Positions 24,961 to 38,084 of a stretch of DNA of 64,000 bases are shown here, piece after piece. The position numbers and the translations under genes were made by a program. Below the pieces are notes generated by a model. The model saw only the letters and a list, made by a program, of their open reading frames with translations, did no database searches and was not told where the DNA came from. The stretch comes from Malacoraja senta (lineage: Eukaryota): NCBI GenBank assembly GCA_038087875.1, contig CM075989.1, positions 7,566,001 to 7,630,000 of the forward strand, given 5' to 3'. The stretch's first letter is position 1. Every line of letters begins with the position of its first letter.

Positions 24961-25721
24961 ATTATTGTTTTCTTCTTTCCCCCCTACGTTGGAGGGTATG
25001 GTCTGGTTTTTGGATGACAGTGACATAGACAAAATGTTTTTTTTTTAAGCTGTTGAATCTGAAAGACTGCAATCTGTGTAGATGGAAGTATCTTTTCAAA
25101 CTTTAGATAGAGATCAACTGTAGAAGGGGCTCGACTCCAAACATCACCCATTCCTTCTATCCAGAGATGCAGTGTGTCTATCATCTGTACTAATATTGCT
25201 TGATAATGGCCAGTGTGACTTTTGCAATGGAACACTACACATAGCCACAAAAACCTAGAACAGGAGCTTAAACTGAAGACAGGAGAGCAATTGGGTATGT
25301 AGCTCGATTCATTGCACTCTCCTGAATCCATCTTCTGGGGGTGGTCTATGGTGAAGATAACTCCGTAGTCCCCAGTGGCTCTGTATCCTTGTTGATGAGT
25401 GACTATGTTCTCTGCCAATTTGTATTATAGGCCGTCATGGAAATCTTGAGTCAAGAGGATTGCAACACCCAGTGTCAATATCTATGGAACTGGTTTTGCT
25501 ACTTCTAAAAATACCTAACTGTGTTACCTGCTTCCTGTGGTTAGTCAAGTCACATTTATTTATATAGCACATTTAAAAAACAACTCTCTTTGACCAAAGT
25601 GCTTTACATTTGTTATAAGAATAGTATAAACAAACAAACTACATACATATATACATACATATAGTCCTCGCTCAGATGATTCTAAGAAGGAAATGTTGGA
25701 GCAGATTCAGCAGTCTCAGTG

Positions 25722-28572
25722 GAGTAGTCACAGAGATGGGACCGGCCCACGCCACCACACCGCCCTCTAGCCCCGCCGACCCCGACTCCACTGCTCGAGG
25801 ACTCCTACCGTCGGGTCCGCCGACCCTCGCCACTGCACCGCCCTCCAGCAGCCCGCAGCCGTCGCCTCACCTGCTGACTGGTCTCTGTACTGGGCCTGAA
25901 GCCTCCACGCTGCTCACTCCCACTCTCCTGGGTTTGACTCCACTGGGTCCTAGTGCTAGTCTGCCTTTACCTGGTTACCTCAGTGTTAGTTCCACTGATT
26001 CTTCCCCATCCTACTCCAACTATGGGACCCCTTCTCTTCCCCACCCACACTACAGCCCTCTCACCTCCCCACCCCCTGACCACCCACCACCCCGCCACCA
26101 CCCCCCCACCACACATCGCCTCGTCCCCATTCCACCCACCTGCCTTCCTCCGGCCCCAACCCCATCCCTGCCGGGTGTTCACCATCCCCCCCGACCTCCC
26201 CCTCTCCGACATCGAACGGTGTGTCCTCAGCAGAGGTCTTACCTTTGTCCCCTTCCGTCCCCACCTCAATGAGTTCCGCGCCCTCCATGACTTGGAACGC
26301 TTCTACCGTCGCCTCCGCCTCACAGCGCACTTCCATGGGAAGGAGTCCTCGCCCCTCACTGATGACCCCTTTTCCCATCTCCAACGCACCCCCTCCTCGT
26401 GGAACCCCCCTCGTAGCCTTCTGGCTTTAGAACTCTTCATCAAATACTGCCGCCGTGACATCAACCGCCTCAACTTCTCCACTCCCCTGTCTCACCACAA
26501 TCTCTCTCCCCCCTGAACGTACTGCCATCGACTCACTCCGCAACAACCTAGATTGGGTTATCAAACCCGCCGACAAGGGAGGTGCCGTGGTAGTCTGGCG
26601 CATCGATCTCTACAAAGCTGAGGCCACGCGCCAACTCTCGGACACCTCCTCCTACATACCCCTGGACCATGACCCCACTGACGAGCACCAAGCCACCATC
26701 TCCAGCACCATCACCGACTTCATCCACTCCCATGCCCTGCCCGACCGAGCCTCCAACCTCATCGTTCCCCAGCCCCGCACGGCCCGATTTTACCTTCTCC
26801 CCAAAATCCACAAACCTGACTGTCCCGGTAGACCCATTGTCTCTGCCTGTTCGTGCCCCACCGAACTCATCTCCGCCTACCTCGACTCCATCCTATCCCC
26901 CTTGGTTAAATCCCTCCCTACCTATGTTCAAGACACCTCAGACACTCTCCGTCGTCTGCGCGCATTCCACTCTCTAGGCCCTCACCCCCTCATCTTCACC
27001 ATGGACGTCCAGTCATTGTACACCTCCATCCCCCACCAGGATGGTCTCGAAGCCCTCCGTTTTTTCCTCGACCGAAGAAGCAACCTATACCTGGCCACTG
27101 ACACCCTCCTCCGCCTAGCGGAGCTGGTCCTTACCTTCAATAACTTCTCATTTGACTCCTCCCATTTCCTCCAAATACAAGGCGTAGCTATGGGCACATG
27201 CATGGGCCCCAGCTACGCCTGCCTCTTTGTCGGGTACGTAGAACAATCCTTGTTCAATACGTACCAGGGCCCCATCCCCGACCTCTACCTCCGCTACATC
27301 GATGACTGTTTTGGTGCCACCTCCTGCACCCACACACAACTGACTGACTTCATCCGCTTCACCACCAACTTCCATCCGGCACTCAAATACACCTGGACCA
27401 TTTCCGACATTTCCCTACCATTCCTTGACCTCACTATCTCCATTGCAGGTGATAGACATCATACCGACCCACTACAAACCTACCGACTCCATGGCTATCT
27501 GGACTACACTTCTTCCCACCCTGCTTCCTGTAAGGACTCCATCCCCCACTCTCAATTTCTCCGTCTACGCCGCATCTGCTCCCAGGATGAGGCATTCCAC
27601 ACCAGGCATCCGAAATGTCCTCATTCTTCAGGGAACGGGGGTTCCCCTCCTCCACCATAGATGAGGCTCGCATCAGGGTCTCTGCCATTACCTGCAATAC
27701 TGCTCTCTCTTCCCATCCCCCCACTCACAACAAGGGCAGAGGCCCCCTAGTCCTCACCTTTCATCCCACCAGCCGTCACATACAACAAGTGATCCTCCGT
27801 CAGTTTCGCCACCTCCAACGTGACCCCACCACTCGCCACATCTTCCCATCTCCCCCCATGTCTGCCTTCCGCAAAGACCGCTCCCTCCGTAACTCCCTTG
27901 TCAATTCTTCCCTTCCCTCCGTACCACCCCCTCCCCGGGGTACTTTCCCTTGCAACCGCAAGAGATGCAACACTTGTCCCTTCACCTCCCCCTCGATTCC
28001 ATTCAAGGACCCAAGCAGTCGTTCTAGGTGCGACAGAGGTTCACCTGCATCTCCTCCAACCTCATCTATTGCATCCGCTGCTCTAGATGTCAGCTGATTC
28101 TACATCGGTGAGACCAAGCGGAGTCTTGGCGATCGTTTCGCCGAACACCTCCGGTCGGTCTGCAATAACCTACCCAGACCTCCGGTGGCTCAGCACTTCA
28201 ACTCCCCCTCCCATTCCGTATCTGACCTCTCTGTCCTGGGTCTCCTCCATGGCCACAGTGAGCAACAACCGGAAATTGGAGGAAATGCACCTCATATTCC
28301 GCTTGGGCAGTCTACACCCTGGGGGCATGAACATTGAATTCTCCCAACTCTGCTAGCCCTTGCTGTCCCCTCCCCTTCATCAGCCCTCTGGTTGTCTCCT
28401 CCCATCCCCCAGCCCTCGGGCTCTCCTCCTCCTCCGCCTTTTTTCCTTTTTTCCTTTCTTCTCCCCACCCCCTATCAGTCTGAAGAAGGGTTTCGGCCCG
28501 AAACGTTGCCTATTTCCTTCGCTCCATTGATGCTGCTGCACCCGCTGAGTTTCTCCAGCATTTTTGTGTACC
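25722..28572 (+). mobile_element. Penelope-like element (Poseidon-type; RT + GIY-YIG), frameshifted, with 16-bp TSD
   Basis: LSRGLTFVP, KPADKGGAVV, LPKIHK, GRPIVS, GVAMG, RYIDD; GIY-YIG region IYCIRC...YIGETKR..DRFAEH...HLIFRLGSL at ~28060-28356; TSD TTCAGCAGTCTCAGTG at 25706-21 and 28573-88. Confidence 0.95.
28480..28507 (+). ncRNA. Minimal hammerhead-ribozyme-like motif in the Penelope 3' region
   Basis: CUGAAGA-A-GGGU[UUCG]GCCC-GAAA-C-GUU: catalytic-core boxes, stem II with tetraloop, and a loopless palindromic stem III (AACGUU); stem I weak. Confidence 0.65.
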
Positions 28573-28862
28573 TTCAGCAGTCTCAGTGTTTGGAGCCCAG
28601 GGTGGAGTGACACGTTTCTCCTTCATTGTCACTGCACTGAGTAGCAATGGAAAGCCGAGTATTTTGTTCTTCAGGCAATGCTATCCAGCTGCAAAAGGCA
28701 CTCGCCGGCCTACACAACGAGTGACTTAGTAAACGCACACTTGCGTAGACAATTCTGTACTCGGTCCCCGAGTGCAACCGAGGCAGTTTGTAATTTTCAC
28801 AACATTGTACGATCACTCAAGTTTACGTTGGACACAAGCCGGCAATGCAGCAGTGCTTACCC

Positions 28863-29175
28863 ATGGCACAGTGGCGCAGCGGTGGAGTTGCTGCCTTGCA
28901 GGGCTTTCAGCGCCAGAGACCCGGTTTGATCGTGACCACGGGTGCTGTCTGTACGGAGTTTATACGTTCTCCCCGTGACCGCCTGGGTTTTCCCTGAGAT
29001 CTTTGCTTTCCTCCCACATTCTAAAGACGTACAGGTTTGTAGGTTAGTTGGCTTTCTATAAATTTAAGTTGACCCTAGTGTGTGTAGGAAAGTGTAAGTG
29101 TGGGGGATCGCTGGTCGGCGCAGATTCGGTAGGCCAAAGGGCCCGTTTCCGCGCTGTTTCACTAAACTAAGCTAA
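28863..29175 (+). mobile_element. HE1-like SINE
   Basis: TGGCGCAGCGG A box, V-domain, tail. Confidence 0.85.
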
Positions 29176-30015
29176 AAGGCCGTGCGCTGCAGAAAATTCC
29201 CCAGACACAGCTGGATGCCGCTGAGACAGTTAACACTCAATAAAATGGAGTAAAGTTAGGGTCCATTGCAGGTGTGGGTGAAGTGAGGCCCAGAGCTGTG
29301 GGAGACTCTGAGTGAGGGCCTGCTGGCGCCATGCGCTGATACTCTCAGTAAGTTATTTCATGCAGGGGATCGGGGTGGTGATTCCTGTAGATGAGATACC
29401 GTTGTGTAAAATCTGACTTGCGTAATGGTTTAAGTAATGTAACCCTTGTGTGATATTTGTGTGTGGTGTGTGTGGGGGGGGGGGGGGGGGGGTGGTGGTG
29501 CCTTTTAACCAATAGCCTCTAAACACAGTGGGCAAAATGTGGGAAAGGTTGACTTTCATTAGCGTTTGTACTTTAGTTACTCCCTGCACTGGGAAGGTTT
29601 TGGTGATGAGAGGGGCTGGCAGATGCCCTGCCTGCCCAGTATCAGAGCAAGTAAACCAGAATTTGCAGAGGGGCAATGTGACAGGGAAAAGTCCACACTA
29701 ACAAGAAGAGTTACGGCCGGAAACGTTACCCATTCCTTCTCTCCAGAGCCTGTCCACCGAGTTACTCCAGCATTTAGTGTCTATCAACCATTTTGCTCCT
29801 TCTGATTCAGAAAACGGAGCTGCCACAAATTCAAGAAGTTTGTGAGAAAACAAAACTACTGGTTGCTGAAGAGTAATAGAGTTGAGGAATACAACATTGA
29901 AACTGCCCCTTCAGCCCAACTCATCCACACCGACCATCATCTCTATCTGAGCTAGTCCCATCTGCCTGCATTTGGCCCATATCCCTCCAAACCTTTCTCT
30001 ATCCGTGACAGGAAA

Positions 30016-30880
30016 TCAAGTCAAGTCAATTTTATTTCTATAGCACATTTAAAACAACTCTCGTTGACCAAAGTGCTTTACATTGGTGCAGGTACTAACG
30101 TGCTACAAACAGTGGTACATAGATCAACAACGCAAACATAGATACATACATACAGCGCTCTCTCAGAGGACCTCAAGAAAGGCTTGAGAGTAGAAATAAG
30201 TTTTAAGTCTAGACTTAAAGAGTCGATGGAGGGGGCAGTTCTGATGGGAAGAGGGATGCTGTTCCATAGTCTAGGAGCTGCAACCGCAAAAACGCGGTCG
30301 CCCCTGAGCTTATGCCTAGACCGTGGGATGGTCAGTAACCCCAAGTCGGCCGATCTGAGGGACCTGGAGGTAGTATGGTGGGTAAGCAGATTTTTGATGT
30401 AGATGGGGGCAAGCCCGTTAAGGGCTTTGTATACATAAAGAAGGAGCTTGAAATTGATTCGGAACCGCACAGGGAGCCAGTGGAGAGAGGCCAGAATCGG
30501 GGTGATGTGGTCCCTTTTTCGGGTGCCCTTCAGGAGTCTCGCTGCGGCGTTTTGGACCAATGGCAGGCGGGACAGGGAAGATTGGCTGATGCCAGTGTAA
30601 AGGGAGTTGCAGTAATCGAGGCGGGAGGAGATAAATGAGTGGATGATCTTTTCCAGGTCGTCAAATTGGAGGAATTGTTTTATTTTAGCTATCGTCCGAA
30701 GCTGGAAGAAGCTAGCTTTTACCACGGCATTGACTTGTTTGTCAAATTTCAACGGGGAGTCAAATATCAAGGTTTTTGACGTGAGGTTTGAGTAGTGGGG
30801 TAAGGCTTCCAAGGCTGCCTGCTATCGTTTTGATTGAGTCCGAGGGGCCGAGTAGGATGACCTCAGACTTACTCTCGTTT
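30016..30880 (-). mobile_element. L2-clade LINE 3' fragment
   Basis: ISSRLDYCNSL...VQNAAARLL...DHITPILASLHWLPVRFRINFKLLLYVYKALNGLAP; (CTTGA)n tail; a related tail sits at ~25544-25690. Confidence 0.9.
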
Positions 30881-31224
30881 CGTTGTGGGAAATGGCATAT
30901 TAACACTCCATGTGTGGACACGTGACTAGGGTTTAATGTTTGGACGGTGTTTTGTGAACCACTGATGCTGTCAGACCGGTTCTGCGTATCACCCAATCTC
31001 TTGCTCTCCATTATATAACGAAACAATACACCTGGATATACTCAGCAATGTCAAGTGATCTCACGACCACAAAGCATGTTCTAATGTTGCATGATAGCCC
31101 TGGGCACTTCACACCTTAGCTCAAACAAAACAAGGCCTGAGTGAGAAACACGATATTGAGACAAGTCATCATTAGCTTGGAATAAAGGAGTGTCAGACAG
31201 GAGGGGAGAGGGACAGAAGCATTT

Positions 31225-31670
31225 TGTTTAGTTTAGAGATGGGGTACGGAAACGGCCTGTTCAGTCCACACCGACCATCGATCACCCATTCACACTAGTT
31301 ATGTTATATGTTATCCCACTTTCTCATCCACTCTCTACACACTCTTTGGGATGTGAGAGGAAACCGGAGCACTTGGAAGGAAAACCCATGTGGTCACAGG
31401 GAGAACGTGCAAACTCCACGTGGACAGCCCCCGAGGTGAGGATCGAACCCGGGTCTCTGGTGCTGTGAGGCAGCATTTCTATCTGCTGTGCGTCTTAGGA
31501 AAGGAATTTGAGACAACAAACCTGAACATCTTGGAGTGTGGGAAGAAACCAGAAATCCAGAAAAAACCCATGCAGGCCATGGGGAGAACGTACAAACTCT
31601 GTACAGATAAGCACCGATAGACAGGGTCTCTGGCGCTGTAAGGAAGCAACTCTACCGCTGTGCCATCGTG
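31225..31670 (-). mobile_element. Two partial HE1-like SINEs
   Basis: Reverse-complement matches. Confidence 0.7.
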
Positions 31671-32244
31671 ACGCCTATTATCAGTTTTAATTTTTAGATC
31701 TGCAGCGGTAGAAACAGAGTCCATGCCGACCATCAATCAACAGTTGACACAGGGTCTGAAGAAGGTTCTCGATCCGAAAGTGACCCATTCCTTCTCTGCA
31801 GAGATGCTGCCTGTCCTGCTGAGTTACTCCAGCATTTTGTGACTATCTTCGGTGTAAACCAGCATCTGCAGTTCCTTCCTACACACCAGTCAACACTAGT
31901 TCTGATAACCCATTTTCTCATCCATTCCTTATGCAGGAGGGCATTTTCACAATCAATCAATCAGTCAGTCACAAAAAGTGTAATCTTATATCAGCAAGTT
32001 AATTCAGGATCGTATCCAACTCGAGTGTGGAGTCTGACAAGGAAGGCAAATCGAAGTGGAAGGTAAGGAACTTGACAAAAGGTGGACTTCAGCATAATCC
32101 TATTTGCCATGCAGCACAGCATCTAGAACTCGGTGCGTGAAGTCGGTGGTGAAGGTGGAAATCCTCCAATTTATAAAAAAATATTGGGCGAGTTCTTTTC
32201 AAGGTTGAATCCACCAGGGAGCCGGGCGTGGGATTAACGAAAGT

Positions 32245-33550
32245 CAGGAGGCTACTGTTAGACAACATCTCAGCCTTCAACACCACAATACCGAATAAAC
32301 CCATCGCTAAACCCCTGGAACTTGCCTTGGGGTCTCCATCTGCAACCGGTTTCTAGACTTCCTGGCCGGCAGAACCCAGTCTGTTAGTATGTAGAAATCA
32401 GGAACTGCAAACGCTGGTTTACATAAAGACAGAGAGAGAAAGTGCCAGAGTAACTCAGTGGGTCTGCAGCATCCCTGGAAAACATTGGTAGGCGGAGTTT
32501 CAGGTTGGGAGCATGCAGGTATAGCAGCAGTGAAGAAAGCGAATGGCATGTTGGCCTTTAGAGGAGTTGAGTATAGCAGCAAAGAGGTCCTTCTGCAGTT
32601 GGTATAGGCCCTAGTGAGACCACACCTGGAGCATTGTATGCAGTTTTGGTCCCCTAATTTGAGGAAGGACATTCTTGCTATTGAGGGAGTGCAGCGCAGG
32701 TTTACAAGGTTAATTCAGCGATGGCGGGACTGTCATATGCTGAGAGAATGGAGTGGCTGGGCTTGTATACTCTGGAGTTTAGAAGGATGAGAGGGTATCT
32801 TATTGAAACATATAAGATTATTAAGGTTTGGACACGCTAGAGGCAGGAAACATGTTCCCGATGTTGGGGAGTCCAGAACCAGGGGCCACAGTTTTGGAAT
32901 AAGAAGTAAGCCATTTAGACAGAGACGAGGAAACACTTTTTCTCACAGAGTTGTGTGTCTGGGGAATTCTCTGTCTCAGAGGGCAGTGGAGGCCGGTTCT
33001 CTGGATACTTTCAAGAGAGAGCTAGATAGGGCTCTTAAAGATAGTGGAGTCAGGGGACATGGGGAGAAGGCAGGAATGGGGTACTGATTGGGGATGATCA
33101 GCCATGGGCACATTGAATGGCGGTGCTGGCTCGAGGCCGAATGACCTACTCCTGCACCTATTATCTATTGTCTGTTGGGAGTCTTCTGCTGTCTGAAGAA
33201 GGGTCGCAGCCCAAAACTTCACTCCATTGCGCTCCAGATTGTTGTCTGACCCGCTGAGTTGCTCCAGTACTTCTATCTCTGTTAGTATTGGTCAGACATT
33301 TCCTCGACCCTGACCTTTGATGCTGATGTCGCCAAGAGCGGTGAGCTCAGACCCTTGCTCTACTCCTGTACATCCATGACTCTGGCCAAGTGTCGTGCCA
33401 AATCGACCTTTAAGTTCACCAAATGATGCCACAAATGTCAGCCCAGATCAACAACAACAGGCATAGGAAAGAGACTGGGAACCTTATGCCGTGGCGTCAG
33501 GACAACAACCTAGCTCTTAATGTCAGGTCGATGAAGGAGTTGGTTGTTGA
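32245..33550 (+). mobile_element. Decayed Rex1-type RT fragment with a nested Penelope-tail fold-back and a CR1 insertion
   Basis: SAFNT-like and LDFL..RTQSV residues at 32270-32390 resume at 33280-33550 (..QDNNLALNVRSMKELVV); inner TSD TCTGTTAGTAT. Confidence 0.7.
32512..33173 (+). mobile_element. CR1 3' fragment with 7-8-bp TSD
   Basis: Homologous to the 3' part of the 21.9-25 kb CR1; GTTGGGAG at 32504-11 and 33174-81. Confidence 0.9.
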
Positions 33551-34159
33551 AAAGAACTCGCCGAATATTTTTTAAATAAATTGGAGGATTTCCAACTTCA
33601 CCACTGGCTCCAGGCGAGTTCTTTTCAAGGTTGAATCCTCCAGGGAATTGGGCCAAGATGGTCAGGATGCACCCTAGCCTGGAATGGCAATTGGAAACGC
33701 ACTTGACCCAGCAGAACCTGTTTTGCATCTTTGAATTTATTGTCACGCATACTATGTACTCGAGGTCCATGTGAACAAGAAATATATTGCACCCTAGTGC
33801 ATGTGCTGCTAAACTAATTGGAATCTGAAGTCCTTTTTTAGCTATCTTGAATATAATGGCTGAATGGCCTCACATTGAGCGGTAATTCTCCAGACTTTCA
33901 CTACCTCTTGCTTTTGTACGTATAGTACCCTCGGGACTTTCTCAACACTATCTCACACAAGGTAAAACACCTCCGAAATGGACTTAACAACGTCTACAAA
34001 ACCCATATTCAGACTTGGATGGATTACACCAGAGTGACAATGGATGACTGGACGTGGGGGGATCGCCTTGAGGAAAGGGGGGAAGAATTGACGACCTCCC
34101 TCTGAAAGCCGCGGTACTTGGTCATCAAGCATATTGAGACTGGATCCAGTGATTGTATT

Positions 34160-35590
34160 ACAGTTGGAATGATATTGGTGTGGCCACACTTGGGTATTTT
34201 GTTCCGGTTTTAGTCTCCCCACTATAAGAAAGATGCTTGAAGCTGGAAAGAGTGCAGAGACGATTTACGGGCACGTTGCCTGGACTTGAGAGCCTGAGGT
34301 ATAGGGAGAGGTTGGGCAAGCTAGTTCTTGAATCTTAGAGCATAGGAGGCTGAGAAATGCATACATTTATGAGGGGAATAGATTAGGCGAATGCATATTT
34401 TTCCAGTGTAGGTGAATCAAGAACTAGAGAGCATAGATTTAAGGTGAGAGTGGAAAGCTTATAGGGGGGTTGCACGTAAGGTCACCGGGTCATAGGTCTT
34501 GACGCACGGAGCCACTCAATCCATCTGGAAGACATCCGTCACTTCCGGTATATGTTATTAATGCAAGAAACGCGTACTTTCCTACCTGTTAAAAACTGCC
34601 AAAATGTTGAATTTTTTCGCTGTAAAAAATTGTGGAAGTCGGGGTAAGTGTGAGAGACATGTACCCAACTTCAGAACTCCAAAAGTGAAGCGAAATGAAG
34701 GTAAATAGAAGCGAGAGCTGAAGGGACAACAACAGCTAAAGTGCTTGGTGAACATTGGCTGTGCAGATATCGTAATTGAAAATATCGGGAATTATCGCAT
34801 TTGCTCACTGCATTTAATCAACGGTAAGGCATTATTTGGTTTTTTTCTTGATTTCTTTGGTATCTAAAAAGTCTCAGAAGTGGTAAATCTGGTTGTAAAT
34901 TTTGCTTCAGAGGCGTTTTATTTTTGTATGTAAAAACCCACGAGAACCAGGGGCGATTTTAAAATTTTACAGCCAGATTTATCCCTTCTGAAACTTTTTA
35001 GATGCCAAAGGAATCAAGAAAAACACAAATAATGCCTTAGTTGATGAAATGCAGTGAGCAAACGGCCAATGTTCGCCAAGCACTCTGGCTGTTGTTGTTC
35101 CTTTCAGCTCTCGCTTCTATCTACCGTCATTTCTCCTCACTTTTTGAATTCTGAAGTTGGCTAAATGTCTCTCACGTTTATCCCGATTTCCATAATTATT
35201 TACAGCGCAAAAATTGACAATTTCGGCGGGTTTTAACGGGCCCGCTACGCTGGAAACAATGGTAAGTACTTACCTGCAGTTCATCGCGTGTAATCCATTT
35301 GGCGTAGCGTAGCAACAATACGGGTCATGGGTCGTGACCCGACTGCCGTGAAACCTCCCTATAGGAACCTGAGGAGTAACATTTTCACAAATGGGTGTTG
35401 AATATATGGAATAGCTGCCAGAGGAAGCAGGTACAATAACAATTAAAATACATTTGGACTGGTACATGGATAGGAAAGGTTTAGTGGGATATGGGCCAAA
35501 CACAGTAAATGAGAATAGCTTAGATAGGGCTCCTTGGCCGGCATAGACAAGTGGGGCCGAAAGGACTGTTTCCATGCTGTATGACTCAAT
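34160..35590 (+). mobile_element. Old CR1 3' fragment split by a DNA element
   Basis: CR1 C-terminal/3'UTR sequence at 34160-34463 continues at 35364-35590 (..gaaagcttata|ggaacctgagg..). Confidence 0.75.
34464..35359. mobile_element. ~900-bp non-autonomous fold-back DNA transposon (superfamily undetermined)
   Basis: Imperfect TIRs GGGGGGTTGCACG / CGTGAAACCTCCC flanked by TATA on both sides; internal inverted repeat ~34585-34903 vs ~34961-35240; no ORF. Confidence 0.8.
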
Positions 35591-35857
35591 GACTATGATT
35601 GTTGGATTCTTGGGGAATGAGGATTTGGAGATGGGTCAGGGGGCAGCACCAGCTGTGATACTGAATGATAGAGCAGGCTTGGGGGCAGAATTGTCTCTTC
35701 CTGCTCCAGTTTCCTCTCCTCTTGAGTAGTGCATTAGTCAGTACATACTCAGTGTGCCGAAGGTCCTGTTTCCGTGCTATATGAGCCCATGACCCTGTGA
35801 TCAGCAGAAAGTGGCCCCAATATTTCATGTGGGGAAAAAATCGGAACTATTTGAGTA

Positions 35858-36248
35858 TGTTGGTTTGTAAATAGCTCGTTCTAAGCTCCCCCCCCCCCCC
35901 CAGTCTAGTTTCAGTCAATAAAATACTGAGTCAAGCACTTGCGCATCTAAATTTTATTTTCGAAAAACACAATAACAGTTCCCCACTACTATACCTAACC
36001 ACCGCGGGTTTGATCCTTGTATCTGCCTGGCCAAGCCCTCCTAGCCTCGTGCAAGCAGAGACAATCCAGAAGGTTACGCAGTCCTAGGCGTTCTCCCAGA
36101 AGATTGACACAGGACCTCGTGGGAGCGGCTTTTAATAGGTCCCCGAACCGTGAGGGGCCGAACCACATGGGGGTGGTCTCTATACAGTCCAATAACAGAT
36201 ATCGATTAACACAGTACATGACAGACATTTCCCTAACCCAATAATACA
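35858..36248 (-). mobile_element. Probable solo LTR (~390 bp)
   Basis: Minus strand runs TG...CA, with a CCAAT box (36189-93), TATTAAAA (~36130-37) and AATAAA (35953-58) in LTR order; CpG-rich; no convincing TSD. Confidence 0.45.
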
Positions 36249-38084
36249 GTGACTAATTTCTAGATGCAAGTTAACAGAGATGAATTGTGCAACATGTGCC
36301 TGGATATTCAAGAAACCCAGACAAGGCTCAGCACTTAACCCAATCAACATCTAGCAAAGTAAAGCTTTGCAACAATATTTACAATGTGTATGTCTGGTTT
36401 GCATTCACCCAATCCGTTTCATGCAATTTACACCTAATTGTCAGAATCTGCAGATGTTCCATTCTTTCCCTGCAACTCTTATCTAGGCTCTAGACAAGCT
36501 GGCACCATTCTGCAGCTTGTCCCATTTCTGCAGAAGGCACATTTAAATTGACCAAATGGCCTAGCAGCCCAGAAGCCTTTACTCAATTTTAGTGTCCTGG
36601 CATCTCCAATTTGGCCAGAATTAACAGGTTGAAGACACAAATTATGAAATATTCGCATCTGTTTAGTTTATCCCCGCACTTTGCAATCTTATTTTGTCTG
36701 GTCAAGTTTAAACTTGTGAAGTTTATTCTTTCAGGTTATCACCATTCTGAGTTTTCAGCCAAAATATTGTAGTAGATTATGCACAATTGTTTTTAAACAT
36801 ACAGTTTGCAAGTAGCAACTTGTTGGAAGTTGTGGACCCAGTGTCCAGGCCCTTGGAATGAACTATGGAGCCATGCGGCACAGAGGGGTCAGTCGGCACA
36901 CTGACTGTGCCAAAGATTAGGCACACATTTAGACCGATTCGTGTTCACCCAGATTCTGCCAGGCGTCCACAAGCAAGAGGCAATTTGCTGCGGTTACTTA
37001 ACCTACCCACCCGCTCATCTCTGGGACGTGGGAGTAATCTGGAGCACCCGGAGGAAACCTACACAGGAAGAGCGGGCAAACCCCACACAGACAGCAGTGA
37101 GATCAGGATTGAAGATGGATGACGGGCTGTGAGGCAGCAGCTCTCTCGCCATGACCCTCAAACCACCAAATTATTTGCGCTTGCCGAATCTGATTAATTT
37201 CCTTCATTATGCTTTAAGGCATGATTTTAAGCCAATTTTATTTGGTGTCCCCGTGTGCTTGCTGTGAGATGCAATTGTAAAAATGCATTTCAATGCAGTG
37301 CCCCAGGCACTGAACATTGCTCCTGCCATTGCACAGAAGTCACTGCATTTTCATTTGCAGAGTTCCACGTGAACACTGACGCACCACATACTCAGGTACA
37401 CGTTCTTCCCTGTGGGGGTACTTGCATTTAAAGCATCTAGTTGTTATGATTCTTCACGATAGCCACGAGGCTATTTGCAAACTAAATTCTTATATCTATT
37501 GCCTGACATTATTTCATTTCCCTGTTCGTATCTGACGAAAGGTGCGTTGTTCCTGTTGACCAACAGATTGTTTGCAGTAAAATTGTGAGTTTTGCATCAA
37601 TCAATCAATCAATCAATCAATCAAAGTTTTATTCGTCACTTGCACATAAAGTGCAAGTGAAATGAATTTGCCAGCACCGGTACAATGAAAAAAGAACACA
37701 CAAAAACACAATAAAAATTTAACACAAACTTCCACCACAGCATTCATCACTGTGGTGGAAGGCACAAAATTTGGCCAGTCCTCCTCCATTTTCCCCCGTG
37801 GTCGGGACCTCAACCCTCCGCAGCCGCCGCTGCGGGCGTCCAGATGTGTAGACAAGGTAAAGTCCAGGTAAGTCCTGAATCTGTGCCTCAGATTAATGTT
37901 CCACAACATGGGCACCACAACTGGCAGCTGCAGTGAATTGCATTGAATTGAAAACTTTAGTGTCTCATGTGACAAGTCACAGTGAAATTCTTTGCTTGCG
38001 AAGGTATGGAAATAGTCACCCATAAAGGGCGCTTACCAAGTTACAAATTCTCCTCCACCCGGCGGCCAGTTCCCTCTTGTTCTT

